The notes under the pieces: model-generated
Database searches by the model: none
The model's input: only the letters and a program-made list of their open reading frames with translations
Told to the model about the DNA's origin: nothing
Part shown: positions 19,699 through 29,394 of the stretch, in pieces
Layout of the letters: each line of letters opens with the position of its first letter
Numbering within the stretch: position 1 is the stretch's first letter
Program-made: the position numbers and the translations under genes
Assembly: GCF_964059055.1 (NCBI RefSeq)
Contig: NZ_OZ060386.1
Span: forward strand, 510,001-542,000
DNA length: 32,000 bases
Reading direction: 5' to 3'
Source of the DNA: Buchnera aphidicola (Neophyllaphis podocarpi)
GTDB lineage: Bacteria > Pseudomonadota > Gammaproteobacteria > Enterobacterales > Enterobacteriaceae

Positions 19699-21354
19699 TT
19701 AAAAAAATTCACGCCAATTAAAATATAAATTTATTAAACCATTTGTAGAAGAATCATAGCTTTGAATTCTATTGTCTCGACAACTTTGTATCTTTAATCT
19801 TATTTGATGAGATATATTTTTACCTAATTCTACTCCCCACTGATCAAAAGTAAAAATATTTAGTATAACTCCTTGCACAAAAATTTTATGCTCATACATA
19901 GCTAATAAAGATCCTAAAGTATAAGGTGTGATTCTTTTTAATAAAATTGAGTTACTCGGTCTATTTCCTTCAAAATATTTATAAATATACTCTCTAGAAT
20001 TAATATTGTTATTACATTTTATTCTTTGTTTTTCAATAAACTTATTATATGTACCAAAAGCTAATGCTTTTGTTTGAGCGAAAAAATTAGATAATAACTT
20101 TATGTGATGATCATATATTTTATGATGACTAATTACAGGTGCAATAAAATCACATGGAATAAATTTAGTTCCTTGATGTAGTAATTGATAAAATGCATGC
20201 TGTCCGTTTGTTCCTGAAGCTCCCCATACAATTGGTCCTGTTTGCCAAGAAGTTTTTTTTCCATTTCTATCAATACATTTACCATTAGATTCCATATTAC
20301 ACTGTTGTAAATAAGAAGGAAGTCTATGCATATATTTATCATAAGGAAAAATAGCTTCAGTTTCCATTAAAAAAAAATTATTATACCATATTCCAATCAT
20401 TGCTAGTATAACAGGAATATTATTTTCTAATTTAGTATTTAAAAAATGGTTATCCATATCATGTGCACCACTTAATAAATTTAAAAAATTATGAAATCCT
20501 ATAGATAAAACTATAGAAAAACCAACAGAAGACCATAAAGAATAACGACCACCTACCCAATCCCAAAATTTAAATATATTTTTAGAATCTATACCAAAAT
20601 TAATTGCTTCAATTTTATTTGTAGAAATAGCTAAAAAGTGTTTTTTAATATGTTTAGTATGTATAGCATGTTTTAAAAACCAATTTTTAATTGAATAAGC
20701 ATTTGTCATAGTTTCTTCCGTAGTAAATGTTTTAGAAGAAATCAAAAACAAAGTAGTTTCTGCATTAATAACTTTAAACAATTCACATATCTCTGTACCA
20801 TCAATATTAGAAATAAAATGAATATTTAAATGATTTTTATAAGGAGTTAAAGCATCAATAACCATATTTGGACCTAAATCAGAACCACCTATTCCAATAT
20901 TAACTATATCCGTAATGGATTTTCCACTATAACCCTTCCATTTACCAGTAATTATATCTTCTGAAAACAACTTCATTTTATTTAATACTTCATAAACTTC
21001 AGGCATTATATTTTTATCATTTAATATAATAGGATTATTACTCAAATTTCTTAAAGCTATATGTAATACGGATCTATTTTCGGTAACATTTATTTTCTTA
21101 CCAATAAACATAGATTTTATAGCATCTTCTAAAAATACTTCTTTAGCTAAAGATAACAATTTATTAATAGTTTTATAAGTAACTCTATTTTTTGAATAAT
21201 CAAATAGTATTTGATTATTAAAAATTTTAGAAAAGTTTTTAAAACGATCTTTATCTAAATTAAATAAATCTGAAAGATGAACATTTTTAATTTCTTTAAA
21301 ATGATTTTCTAAAGATTTCCATGCATTAGTCAATGTTGGATTAATATTTTTCAT
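19699..21354 (-). CDS. pgi: Glucose-6-phosphate isomerase
   Basis: 551 aa. [19 protein letters not shown] compares with E. coli [36 protein letters not shown] and QWGVELGK motifs are present. Confidence 0.96.
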   Translation of the reverse strand: MKNINPTLTNAWKSLENHFKEIKNVHLSDLFNLDKDRFKNFSKIFNNQILFDYSKNRVTYKTINKLLSLAKEVFLEDAIKSMFIGKKINVTENRSVLHIALRNLSNNPIILNDKNIMPEVYEVLNKMKLFSEDIITGKWKGYSGKSITDIVNIGIGGSDLGPNMVIDALTPYKNHLNIHFISNIDGTEICELFKVINAETTLFLISSKTFTTEETMTNAYSIKNWFLKHAIHTKHIKKHFLAISTNKIEAINFGIDSKNIFKFWDWVGGRYSLWSSVGFSIVLSIGFHNFLNLLSGAHDMDNHFLNTKLENNIPVILAMIGIWYNNFFLMETEAIFPYDKYMHRLPSYLQQCNMESNGKCIDRNGKKTSWQTGPIVWGASGTNGQHAFYQLLHQGTKFIPCDFIAPVISHHKIYDHHIKLLSNFFAQTKALAFGTYNKFIEKQRIKCNNNINSREYIYKYFEGNRPSNSILLKRITPYTLGSLLAMYEHKIFVQGVILNIFTFDQWGVELGKNISHQIRLKIQSCRDNRIQSYDSSTNGLINLYFNWREFF

Positions 21355-21410
21355 AAGTTTTACCCAAAAAAAAATATATACATAATTTATCTAAATATAA
21401 ACTTGATAAA

Positions 21411-22283
21411 TTATTTATATTTATCATCTAATAAATAACACATCGCAGATCCAAATTTAGTTCTACTACCAACTTTCAAATTTTCTAAAAATTTAACTTT
21501 ATTAGAAGGAAATAAATTAATTATTGTAGAGCCTATATTAAAATAACCTATTTCTTGACCTTTAAATAAATTTGCAAATTCTTTATTTTCATTCCAATGC
21601 CAAGTTGTAATTGTTTTATTACTAAAAGATGTAATCTTATCTAACCAAATTGTTTTAATAGATCTAATAAATGCAGAACCAATAAAAATATTAACTATAG
21701 ACCCAAAGTTAGTTTCAAATACACAAATAATTCTTTCATTATTAGTAAATAAGTTAGGAGTATTATTTGATGAAAATTTATTAAAAATATCAAAATTACT
21801 AGGAACATAAATTATTTTTTTTAATAATCCTTGATAAGGCATATATACTCTATGACAATCACCAGGAGAAAGATGTATGTTAATAAAACTACCTTTATAA
21901 AACATGTATGATAGTTCAGAATTACCAGCCAATAAAGATTCTAAAGAATAAAAGTTATCTTTAGCTTGAAAAATTTGATCTTTATTTATTCTTCCTATTT
22001 GATTAATAATACCATCTGAGGGGAAAGTTAATATATTATTATTAAAATCTACAGGCCTAAATTTTTTATCTAATAAACGAATAAAAAAATCGTTAAACGT
22101 TTTATAATTAGATATATTATTATTTTTAGATTCAAAAATATTTATTTTATAAAACCAAACAAAAAATCTTATACTTAAACTAGTAATATAACCTAATTCT
22201 TTATTTGCAAACCATACAAATAAAAAACTAAAAAATCTTTTTTGTGTTAAGTTTAAAAAAAATAATTTAATAAAATTAAACAC
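21411..22283 (-). CDS. psd: Phosphatidylserine decarboxylase proenzyme (GTG start)
   Basis: 290 aa. YKTFNDFFIR and the self-cleavage site context GYFNIGSTIINLF (E. coli FKLGSTVINLF) are retained, including the Gly-Ser pair. Confidence 0.92.
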   Translation of the reverse strand: MFNFIKLFFLNLTQKRFFSFLFVWFANKELGYITSLSIRFFVWFYKINIFESKNNNISNYKTFNDFFIRLLDKKFRPVDFNNNILTFPSDGIINQIGRINKDQIFQAKDNFYSLESLLAGNSELSYMFYKGSFINIHLSPGDCHRVYMPYQGLLKKIIYVPSNFDIFNKFSSNNTPNLFTNNERIICVFETNFGSIVNIFIGSAFIRSIKTIWLDKITSFSNKTITTWHWNENKEFANLFKGQEIGYFNIGSTIINLFPSNKVKFLENLKVGSRTKFGSAMCYLLDDKYK

Positions 22284-22432
22284 TTTAACTCTCCACGAAT
22301 TATTTATTTAAAATATTTATAATTAGAGAAAAATAATTATAACATTATAAACTAAAAAATATTTAAATATAAAATATTATTTAGTAATGATAATATATAA
22401 ATAATTAAAATAATTTATAAAAATATTTCTAT

Positions 22433-22972
22433 ATGAATGAAGATAATTTAATTTGGATTGACTTAGAAATGACAGGATTAAATCCAAAAAAACACTTTAT
22501 TATTGAAATAGCAACGTTAATTACTGATATTAACTTGAATATTATTGCTGAAGGTCCAGTTATTCCTATATATCAAAATAAAAAAAAATTAAAAATTATG
22601 GATAAATGGAATTATATTAATCATAATAAAAGCGGATTAATTAACAAAGTTAAAAATAGTTTATTTAACGAATTAATAGCTGAAAAAAAAACAATATTTT
22701 TTTTAAAAAAATGGACAAAAAAACAAAAATCTCCTATGTGCGGAAATAGTATAGGAAATGATAGAAGATTTTTAATAAAATATATGCCAAAATTAGAAAA
22801 ATATTTTAAATACAGATCTATAGATGTAAGTACTATAAAAGAACTAATGATGAGATGGAAACCGTCAGTATTCAATAAATTAAATAAAATAAACAATCAT
22901 ACAGCATTAAATGATATAAAAGAATCAATAAAAGAACTAAAATTCTATAAAAAATATTTTTTTAAAATTTGA
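22433..22972 (+). CDS. orn: Oligoribonuclease
   Basis: 179 aa. LIWIDLEMTGLNP is identical in its core to E. coli Orn. The DEDDh C-terminal H..NDIKESIKELKFYK is present. The gene is followed by tRNA-Gly, as in E. coli. Confidence 0.95.
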   Translation: MNEDNLIWIDLEMTGLNPKKHFIIEIATLITDINLNIIAEGPVIPIYQNKKKLKIMDKWNYINHNKSGLINKVKNSLFNELIAEKKTIFFLKKWTKKQKSPMCGNSIGNDRRFLIKYMPKLEKYFKYRSIDVSTIKELMMRWKPSVFNKLNKINNHTALNDIKESIKELKFYKKYFFKI

Positions 22973-23054
22973 ATTTTAATTAAAATTTTATATTGAAAAT
23001 AGTTTAATTTTTATATACAATAATAATTATTAATATATTTATTTAAAAAAGTTA

Positions 23055-23127
23055 GCGGGAATAGCTCAGTTGGCAGAGCGCAACCTTGCCAAGGTTGAGG
23101 TCACGAGTTCAAACCTCGTTTCCCGCT
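23055..23127 (+). tRNA. tRNA-Gly (anticodon GCC)
   Basis: The sequence is GCGGGAATAGCTCAGTTGGCAGAGCGCAACCTTGCCAAGGTTGAGGTCACGAGTTCAAACCTCGTTTCCCGCT. The cloverleaf has loop TT-GCC-AA and is close to E. coli glyV/X/Y. No CCA is encoded. Confidence 0.95.
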
Positions 23128-23340
23128 CAATTAAATAAATTAATTTAAACTTTTTACAAAATTGAATTCTTAAACTAAAAAAATTAATTTTAAAAATTTT
23201 AGAAAATATCATATTAAAAATAAAGAATTAAAAACATATCGAAAAAAACTTAAAAATTAATATTTTAAATTAAAATGTTATTCAAAAAATAATAAATCAT
23301 TCACATAAAAAATAATAAATTTTATGCTCAGTATTTAAAA

Positions 23341-23431
23341 ATATAATTAATATTAAGATCGAGTATTTATCTTTTATTTGAATTTTCTATTCAAATAAAA
23401 GATAAATACTCGATCTTAATATTAATTATAT
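23341..23431. repeat. Perfect inverted repeat: 43-bp arms (23341-23383 and 23389-23431) around a 5-nt loop TTTCT
   Basis: I checked it base by base. All 43 positions pair, including the G/C-containing core AAGATCGAGTA / TACTCGATCTT. It lies between the convergent 3' ends of tRNA-Gly (+) and rpmE (-). Confidence 0.95.
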
Positions 23432-23504
23432 AATTATTTACTATTATATATTAATTTTTATATAATAAATAAAATAATAATTTAGAATTTGATAAATTTA
23501 AATT

Positions 23505-23708
23505 TTATAAAAATTTAAATTTTTTATTAAACTTTTCAACTCTCCCTTTATTATCTAATACACGTTGTTTTCCAGTATAAAATGGATGACATTTTGAACA
23601 AACATCTATATTTATATTACTAGAAATAGTAGAAAATATTTTTATAATATTTCCGCAGGAACATTTAGCTTTTACTGAAATATATTTAGGATGTATATTT
23701 TTTCTCAT
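23505..23708 (-). CDS. rpmE: 50S ribosomal protein L31 (zinc-ribbon type)
   Basis: 67 aa. [14 protein letters not shown] and [13 protein letters not shown] give the four-Cys form. GAGGA lies upstream of the ATG. Confidence 0.96.
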   Translation of the reverse strand: MRKNIHPKYISVKAKCSCGNIIKIFSTISSNINIDVCSKCHPFYTGKQRVLDNKGRVEKFNKKFKFL

Positions 23709-23940
23709 AATAATTCCTCGTAGAGATTGAAAAATTTCTTTTAAAAATATATATATAATTGTTAATAATATTATATTTATGTTATAAATGATAAAATAAC
23801 ATTATATTATTTAAGTACATGTATTTAATAACATTATTAATTATACCAAATAAAAGAGAATATAAAGTTGCAAAAAGATTATATAATTAAAATATCAAAA
23901 ATAAAAAATAAAAAAAAAGATTAAATCTTATATATCTAGA

Positions 23941-24156
23941 ATGAATATTTGCATTATAGCAATTGTTATTATAATTCTAATAAGTATAATGTATTATTCT
24001 TCATATAATAAAAAAATAAAGAAAAATAAAGAAAAAATACAAAATAAATTAAATAATACTATACCACCAAAACCAATAAACAAATGGAAATATATTGAAG
24101 AACTAAACAAAATAGATGTCTATTATAAAAATATAGATAAAATTAATAAAAAATGA
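23941..24156 (+). CDS. ftsN: Miniature FtsN-like protein: one TM helix plus the essential-domain (EFtsN) motif, with no cytoplasmic tail, Gln-rich linker or SPOR domain
   Basis: 71 aa. Residues 2-19 (NICIIAIVIIILISIMYY) are hydrophobic. Residues 41-57, IPPKPINKWKYIEELNK, align with E. coli FtsN 75-91, LPPKPEERWRYIKELES. The ORF sits immediately upstream of hslV on the same strand, which is the ancestral ftsN position. CCA CCA AAA CCA and TGG codons are preserved despite the A+T bias. Confidence 0.65.
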   Translation: MNICIIAIVIIILISIMYYSSYNKKIKKNKEKIQNKLNNTIPPKPINKWKYIEELNKIDVYYKNIDKINKK

Positions 24157-24200
24157 TTAATAAAAATGTTACTTTTAAATAATAAAAGGATCGCTAAACA

Positions 24201-24731
24201 GTGACAACAATATTAAGTATACGCCGTAATAAAAAAGTAGTTATTGGTGGTGATGGACAAGCTACTTTAGGTAATACTATAATGAAAAGTAGTGTGAATA
24301 AAATTAGATCTTTATGTAATGATAAAGTAATAGCAGGTTTTGCTGGAAGTACAGCAGATGCATTTACATTATTCGAGCTTTTTGAAAAAAAGTTAAGTAT
24401 GTATCAAGGGCAATTACAACGTTCAGCAATTGAATTAGCCAAAGACTGGAGAACGGACAGAATTTTAAGAAGACTAGAAGCTTTATTAGCTGTTGCAGAT
24501 AAAAAAATTTCACTGATAATATCAGGAAATGGAGATGTAATACAACCTGAAAACGATTTGATAGCAATAGGATCAGGCGGTCCTTATGCTCAATCTTCTG
24601 CAAAAGCTTTAATAGAAAATACTAAAATGAATGCTAAAAACATTGTAATAAAATCATTAGAAATAGCAGCAAGTATTTGTATATATACAAATAATAATTT
24701 TACCATTAAAGAATTAGCTTCAGAAAAGTAA
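24201..24731 (+). CDS. hslV: ATP-dependent protease subunit HslV (GTG start)
   Basis: 176 aa. (M)TTILSIRR provides the N-terminal Thr nucleophile. [42 protein letters not shown] and GSGGPYAQS are near-identical to E. coli HslV. AAAGGA lies upstream of the start. Confidence 0.96.
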   Translation: MTTILSIRRNKKVVIGGDGQATLGNTIMKSSVNKIRSLCNDKVIAGFAGSTADAFTLFELFEKKLSMYQGQLQRSAIELAKDWRTDRILRRLEALLAVADKKISLIISGNGDVIQPENDLIAIGSGGPYAQSSAKALIENTKMNAKNIVIKSLEIAASICIYTNNNFTIKELASEK

Positions 24732-24742
24732 GGATTATAAAA

Positions 24743-26074
24743 ATGTCTGAAATGACTCCTGGAGAAATTGTCATAGAACTTAATAAATTTATTATAGGTC
24801 AAGAAAAAGCAAAAAAAGCAGTGGCAATTGCATTAAGAAATAGATGGAGAAGAATGCAATTAGAAGAAAATTTAAGAAATGAAATAACTCCTAAAAATAT
24901 TTTAATGATAGGACCTACTGGTGTAGGAAAAACAGAAATAGCAAGAAGATTAGCTAAATTAGCTAATGCTCCTTTTATAAAAGTAGAAGCAACTAAGTTT
25001 ACAGAAGTAGGATATGTAGGTAAAGAAGTAGATTCTATCATTAGAGATTTAACAGATGTAGCAATTAAGATTGTTAGAGTTCAAATTATCGAAAAAAACA
25101 AAAACTCTGTAACAGAAAGAGCTGAAGATAGGATATTAGATGTATTAATTCCTACTCCAAAAAATGATTGGGGTAAATCAGATAAAATTAAAGAACCTAA
25201 AGCAACAATTCAATCTTTTAGAAAAAAATTGAGAGAAGGTAAACTTGATAATAAAGATATTGAAATAAATGTTTCTGCTGTACCTATAGGAGTAGAAATT
25301 ATGGCTCCTCCAGGAATGGAAGAAATGACAAGTCAATTACAATCTCTATTCCAAAATTTAGGAGGTAATAAAAAAACAATAAGAAAATTAAAAATTAAAG
25401 ATGCTATGAAAATATTAATCGAAGAAGAAGCAATTAAACTTGTTAATCCAGAAGAACTTAAAAGAGCAGCGATAAATTCAGTAGAACAAAATGGTATAGT
25501 TTTTATTGATGAAATAGATAAAATTTGTAAAAGAAATTATTCCAATTCTACTGATGTATCAAGAGAAGGAGTTCAAAGAGATTTATTGCCTCTTGTTGAA
25601 GGTTGTACAGTATCAACTAAACATGGATTAGTTAAAACAGATCATATATTATTCATTGCATCAGGTGCTTTTCAAATATGTACGCCTTCTGATTTAATTC
25701 CTGAATTACAAGGAAGATTACCTATAAGAGTTGAATTAGAAGCATTAACTGTAAACGATTTTGAAAGAATTTTGACTGAACCAAATGCTTCTATTACAGT
25801 TCAATATAAAGCATTAATAGCAACAGAGGGAGTAAAAATTAATTTTACAGAAGATGGAATAAAAAAAATAGCTGAATCTGCATGGAAAGTTAATGAAAAT
25901 ATGGAAAATATAGGAGCAAGAAGATTATACACAATTTTAGAGAAGCTAATGGAAAACATATCATTTAACGCAAATGAACTAGTAAATAAAAATGTAGTAA
26001 TAGATTCTGGTTATGTAAGTAAACATTTAGATAAATTAGTATCTGATGAAGACGTAAGTAAATTCATTTTATAG
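24743..26074 (+). CDS. hslU: ATP-dependent protease ATPase subunit HslU
   Basis: 443 aa. [37 protein letters not shown] and the Walker A block [37 protein letters not shown] are present. [10 protein letters not shown] is the Walker B motif. Confidence 0.97.
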   Translation: MSEMTPGEIVIELNKFIIGQEKAKKAVAIALRNRWRRMQLEENLRNEITPKNILMIGPTGVGKTEIARRLAKLANAPFIKVEATKFTEVGYVGKEVDSIIRDLTDVAIKIVRVQIIEKNKNSVTERAEDRILDVLIPTPKNDWGKSDKIKEPKATIQSFRKKLREGKLDNKDIEINVSAVPIGVEIMAPPGMEEMTSQLQSLFQNLGGNKKTIRKLKIKDAMKILIEEEAIKLVNPEELKRAAINSVEQNGIVFIDEIDKICKRNYSNSTDVSREGVQRDLLPLVEGCTVSTKHGLVKTDHILFIASGAFQICTPSDLIPELQGRLPIRVELEALTVNDFERILTEPNASITVQYKALIATEGVKINFTEDGIKKIAESAWKVNENMENIGARRLYTILEKLMENISFNANELVNKNVVIDSGYVSKHLDKLVSDEDVSKFIL

Positions 26075-26087
26075 GATATATGATAAA

Positions 26088-26120
26088 TTCCTGTGAATTA
26101 ATTATTGCAAATCACAGGAA
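26088..26120 (+). terminator. Possible hslVU terminator hairpin: TTCCTGTGA / TCACAGGAA, a 9-bp stem with a 15-nt loop
   Basis: The G/C-containing stem starts 14 nt after the hslU stop codon in an otherwise A/T-only spacer. No U-tract follows, so it is not a canonical intrinsic terminator. Confidence 0.35.
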
Positions 26121-26193
26121 TAAATCTTAAGATATACCATTAAAATAAAAAATTTTTATATATAAAATATATATAAAAAATAGGTACAAAAAT

Positions 26194-26949
26194 ATGACTA
26201 ATTGGGTAAAAGCTAATATTATAAAATTAAATCAATGGAATAATAAATTATTTAGTATCATATTGAGAGCTAACATAAATCCTTTTATAGCTGGTCAATT
26301 TACAAAACTTTGTATAAAAAACAAAAAAAGCAAAGATAAAATTCAAAGAGCATATTCATATGTCAACTCACCTAATAGTAAAAATTTGGAATTTTATATT
26401 GTATCTATTCCTAATGGAAAATTTACAAGAAAATTAATTAATATGAATTGCGATGATGAAATTTTAATATCTAAAGAATCTGCAGGATTTTTTACATTGA
26501 ATCAAATACCTTCAAGTAATTTATTGTGGATGATTGCAACAGGTACAGGTATTGGACCATATTTATCAATATTACAGTATGGAGGAAAAGAACTAAATAA
26601 ATTTAATAAAATTATATTAATATATGCAGTAAGTTATTTTAAAGATATTAGTTATTTGAATCTTATTAATAAACTAAAAACAAAATATAAAAATAAATTA
26701 CATGTTGAATTTATATTAAGTAGAGAAAAAAAACCAGATATTTTGCATGGACATATTCCTCGTCTTATTACAGAAGGTTTTATAGAAGATAAGGTTGGAA
26801 ATTATATAGAAAAAGAAAATAGTCATATTATGTTATGCGGAAATCCTGGAATGGTACATGATACTAGAAAATTTCTAGTAGAAAATAAAAATATGAGAAA
26901 AAATCTAAGAAAATTAAAAGGACATATTACTAGCGAACATTATTGGTAA
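26194..26949 (+). CDS. fpr: Ferredoxin/flavodoxin-NADP+ reductase
   Basis: 251 aa. FIAGQFTKL, RAYSYVNSP (FAD-binding RxYS), LWMIATGTGIGPYLSIL, MLCGNPGMV and the terminal HITSEHYW are collinear with E. coli Fpr. Confidence 0.94.
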   Translation: MTNWVKANIIKLNQWNNKLFSIILRANINPFIAGQFTKLCIKNKKSKDKIQRAYSYVNSPNSKNLEFYIVSIPNGKFTRKLINMNCDDEILISKESAGFFTLNQIPSSNLLWMIATGTGIGPYLSILQYGGKELNKFNKIILIYAVSYFKDISYLNLINKLKTKYKNKLHVEFILSREKKPDILHGHIPRLITEGFIEDKVGNYIEKENSHIMLCGNPGMVHDTRKFLVENKNMRKNLRKLKGHITSEHYW

Positions 26950-26959
26950 ATAAAAAAAT

Positions 26960-27970
26960 TCAACATCTATCAAAAGGAAAAGTGATAATATCTTGAATTT
27001 TTGTGCAATTAAAATATATCATCATTAGTCTATCCAATCCTAAAGCAACACCAGAACAAAAAGGCATATTTTTACTAGATAAAGCTTTTAAAAATAAATA
27101 ATCTATTTTATGTTTTGGTAATCCTAATTTAGTTCTTCTATCATTATTTAATTTAAAGCGCTTTTTTTGTTCATTATGATTAGTTAATTCACAAAAACCA
27201 TTTGCTAATTCTATTCCTTTAAAAAAAACTTCAAAACGATCAGCTACTCTTGAATCTTCATCATTTATTTTAGCTAGTAAAGCCTGTTCTTTAGGAAAAA
27301 AATAAATAAATAGTAACTCAAATTCAGATAAATATGGTTGAATAGATACTGTAAATAATATTTCTAATAAATCACTTTTATTATAATTTTTATGTATTAA
27401 ATGTTGTAAATTTTGATTTAAAATAATTTTATATAGTGTATTTTTCTTAATAGTTAAAGGATTTATGTTTAAATATCTTAAAAAAATTTTTTTATAAGAA
27501 ATAAAATCAATTTTTTTAAAATTTATAATTTTTTTTATAAATTTTTTGACTTCATATATCAAATCATGCATATTGTAATTAGGATGATACCATTCCAACA
27601 TAGAAAACTCAGGATTGTGATTATCACCATATTCTCCATTCCTAAAACTATGGCATATTTGATATATAGGACCACTACCACATGCAAGTAACCTTTTCAT
27701 ATGATATTCAGGACTAGTAATCAAAAATAAGTTTTTTATAGAAATATTATTTGAGGATTTATATGTAGTATTAAACGATTCTAAATATATATCATTAGAA
27801 GAAAAATGACTAAGTATAGGAGTATCTACTTCTAAAACATTTATAGAACTGAAAAAATTTCTTATTTTTTTTATAATTAATGCTTTTTTAAATAAATTAT
27901 CAATAGTTATTTTAGATTTCCATTTATTTTTATTCATATTTTGAAATAAAGTTTTAATGAAAAGTATCAT
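26960..27970 (-). CDS. epmA: EF-P (R)-beta-lysine ligase (PoxA/YjeA/GenX). An alternative start is the ATG at 27937.
   Basis: 336 aa. Class II aaRS-like motifs are present: LITSPEYHMKRLLACGSGPIYQICHSFRNGE, HNPEFSMLEWY, RFEVFFKGIELANGFCEL and CSGVALGLDRL, as in E. coli EpmA. Alignment length favours Met-12 as the true start. Confidence 0.92.
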   Translation of the reverse strand: MILFIKTLFQNMNKNKWKSKITIDNLFKKALIIKKIRNFFSSINVLEVDTPILSHFSSNDIYLESFNTTYKSSNNISIKNLFLITSPEYHMKRLLACGSGPIYQICHSFRNGEYGDNHNPEFSMLEWYHPNYNMHDLIYEVKKFIKKIINFKKIDFISYKKIFLRYLNINPLTIKKNTLYKIILNQNLQHLIHKNYNKSDLLEILFTVSIQPYLSEFELLFIYFFPKEQALLAKINDEDSRVADRFEVFFKGIELANGFCELTNHNEQKKRFKLNNDRRTKLGLPKHKIDYLFLKALSSKNMPFCSGVALGLDRLMMIYFNCTKIQDIITFPFDRC

Positions 27971-28051
27971 ATATTCTATATTATATCATGAATATTAAAA
28001 AATTAGTAAAATTGATATTGTTTTTAAAAAATAAAAATTTTAAAGGTATAT

Positions 28052-28549
28052 ATGAATAAATTAGCAATTTATCCAGGAACTTTTGATCCTATTACATATG
28101 GTCATATAGACATTATAAATAGAATATCAAAAATATTTCATAAAGTAATAATTGCAGTAATAAAAAATCCTAAAAAAAAATTAATGTTTAAAGCTTCTGA
28201 AAGGATAATATTAATAAAAAAATCAATTAAAAAAAACAAAAATATTAAGGTGTTAATTTTTAATGATTTAATAATAAACTTTGCGATAAAAAATAAATCA
28301 AATATATTAATTAGAGGTATAAGAAATACTAATGATTTTAATAAAGAATATGATTTTGAAAAATTCAATAAATTAATGAATAAAGATATAGAAGTGATAT
28401 TTCTATTTTCATCTAAAAATTTATCTTTTTTATCCTCATCTTTAGTAAAAGAAATAGCTGCTTATAAAGGTAATTTAAAAAAATTTGTTCCTTTATGCGT
28501 ACATCAAGCAATGAAAAAAAAAATAAAATTAACAAAAAATATTAATTAA
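28052..28549 (+). CDS. coaD: Phosphopantetheine adenylyltransferase
   Basis: 165 aa. IYPGTFDPITYGHIDII (the T/HxGH nucleotidyltransferase motif) and SSSLVKEIA match E. coli CoaD. Confidence 0.94.
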   Translation: MNKLAIYPGTFDPITYGHIDIINRISKIFHKVIIAVIKNPKKKLMFKASERIILIKKSIKKNKNIKVLIFNDLIINFAIKNKSNILIRGIRNTNDFNKEYDFEKFNKLMNKDIEVIFLFSSKNLSFLSSSLVKEIAAYKGNLKKFVPLCVHQAMKKKIKLTKNIN

Positions 28550-28623
28550 TATAATATATAAAAAATCTATTTATTTTTATTATATAAATAATATAATCAA
28601 TATATTGTAATTTTATATTAAAT

Positions 28624-29367
28624 ATGAAAATTATTTTTACAAAACCATTTAATAACAGATACTATAATTTAGTAAAAAAACTAAACATTTCGAATATATA
28701 CAAATCCAATATGGAATTAATTATAAAATCAGATTTTATATATATAAGATATAAAAATAAACATTCTAGTATATTTTTTATAGACTTTAATTCAAAAAAA
28801 ATGAATTATAGATGCAATTTAGCTAACATAAAAAATGAATTAATAGCAAAATCAGTAGGTATAAAAAATAAATACTTTCCTAAAATAATAGATGCAACAG
28901 CAGGATTAGGAAATGATTCATTTATATTATCTTATTTAGGATGTAAAGTTATCATGATAGAAAGAAATCCTATAATATATCTTTTATTAAGAAATGCTTT
29001 AGATAGAACTTATTCAAATACAACAACTTTAGGATGGACAAAAAAAAGATTGAGATTAATATATCAATCTAGTTTTGAAATATTTAAAAAAATAAAAAAA
29101 AAACCAGATGTAATATATTTAGATCCTATGTTTCCTATTAATAATAAAAAAAAATCTAAAAGTAAAAAAGAAATAGAATTACTAAAAAAAATAGTAGGAG
29201 AAGATAAAGATGCTGATACATTATTAAAATATGCAATATCTTTAGCAAGTACAAGAGTAGTTGTAAAAAGACCTCTTTATGCTTCTCCATTAAATAACAT
29301 AAAAACATCATCATTTATTAAAACAGGTAATTATAGATTTGATATTTATTTTAATAGAAAAAAGTAG
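28624..29367 (+). CDS. rsmJ: 16S rRNA (guanine1516-N2)-methyltransferase (YhiQ)
   Basis: 247 aa. SVGIKNKYFPKIIDATAGLGNDSFILSYLGCKVIMIERNP, VIYLDPMFP, VVVKRP and RFDIY parallel E. coli RsmJ. Confidence 0.88.
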   Translation: MKIIFTKPFNNRYYNLVKKLNISNIYKSNMELIIKSDFIYIRYKNKHSSIFFIDFNSKKMNYRCNLANIKNELIAKSVGIKNKYFPKIIDATAGLGNDSFILSYLGCKVIMIERNPIIYLLLRNALDRTYSNTTTLGWTKKRLRLIYQSSFEIFKKIKKKPDVIYLDPMFPINNKKKSKSKKEIELLKKIVGEDKDADTLLKYAISLASTRVVVKRPLYASPLNNIKTSSFIKTGNYRFDIYFNRKK

Positions 29368-29394
29368 TTTTATAATATGAATTATTTACATTAA

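Noticed and set aside
20133-20342. 69-aa ORF on the minus strand
   Set aside because: It is an alternative frame inside pgi, on the same strand. The pgi frame is the conserved one.
22621-22896. 91-aa ORF on the minus strand
   Set aside because: It is antisense to orn, and the product is low-complexity.
23494-23522. Inverted repeat AAATTTAAATTTT-ATA-AAAATTTAAATTT at the 3' end of rpmE
   Set aside because: It is built from the self-complementary low-complexity unit AAATTT and overlaps the rpmE coding end and stop codon. It is not a distinct element.
23761-23840. Repeated ATTATATT-type strings and a dif-like ATTTAA..ATTAT stretch upstream of rpmE
   Set aside because: On alignment the arms are not complementary, and the match to the E. 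coli dif core is poor. This is low-complexity A/T sequence.
24364-25041. Three 70-80-aa minus-strand ORFs (24364-24603, 24590-24802, 24799-25041)
   Set aside because: They are antisense to the very highly conserved hslV and hslU genes. No motifs are present. Open antisense frames are common opposite strongly conserved genes.
28138-28368. 76-aa ORF on the minus strand
   Set aside because: It is antisense to coaD, and the product is low-complexity.
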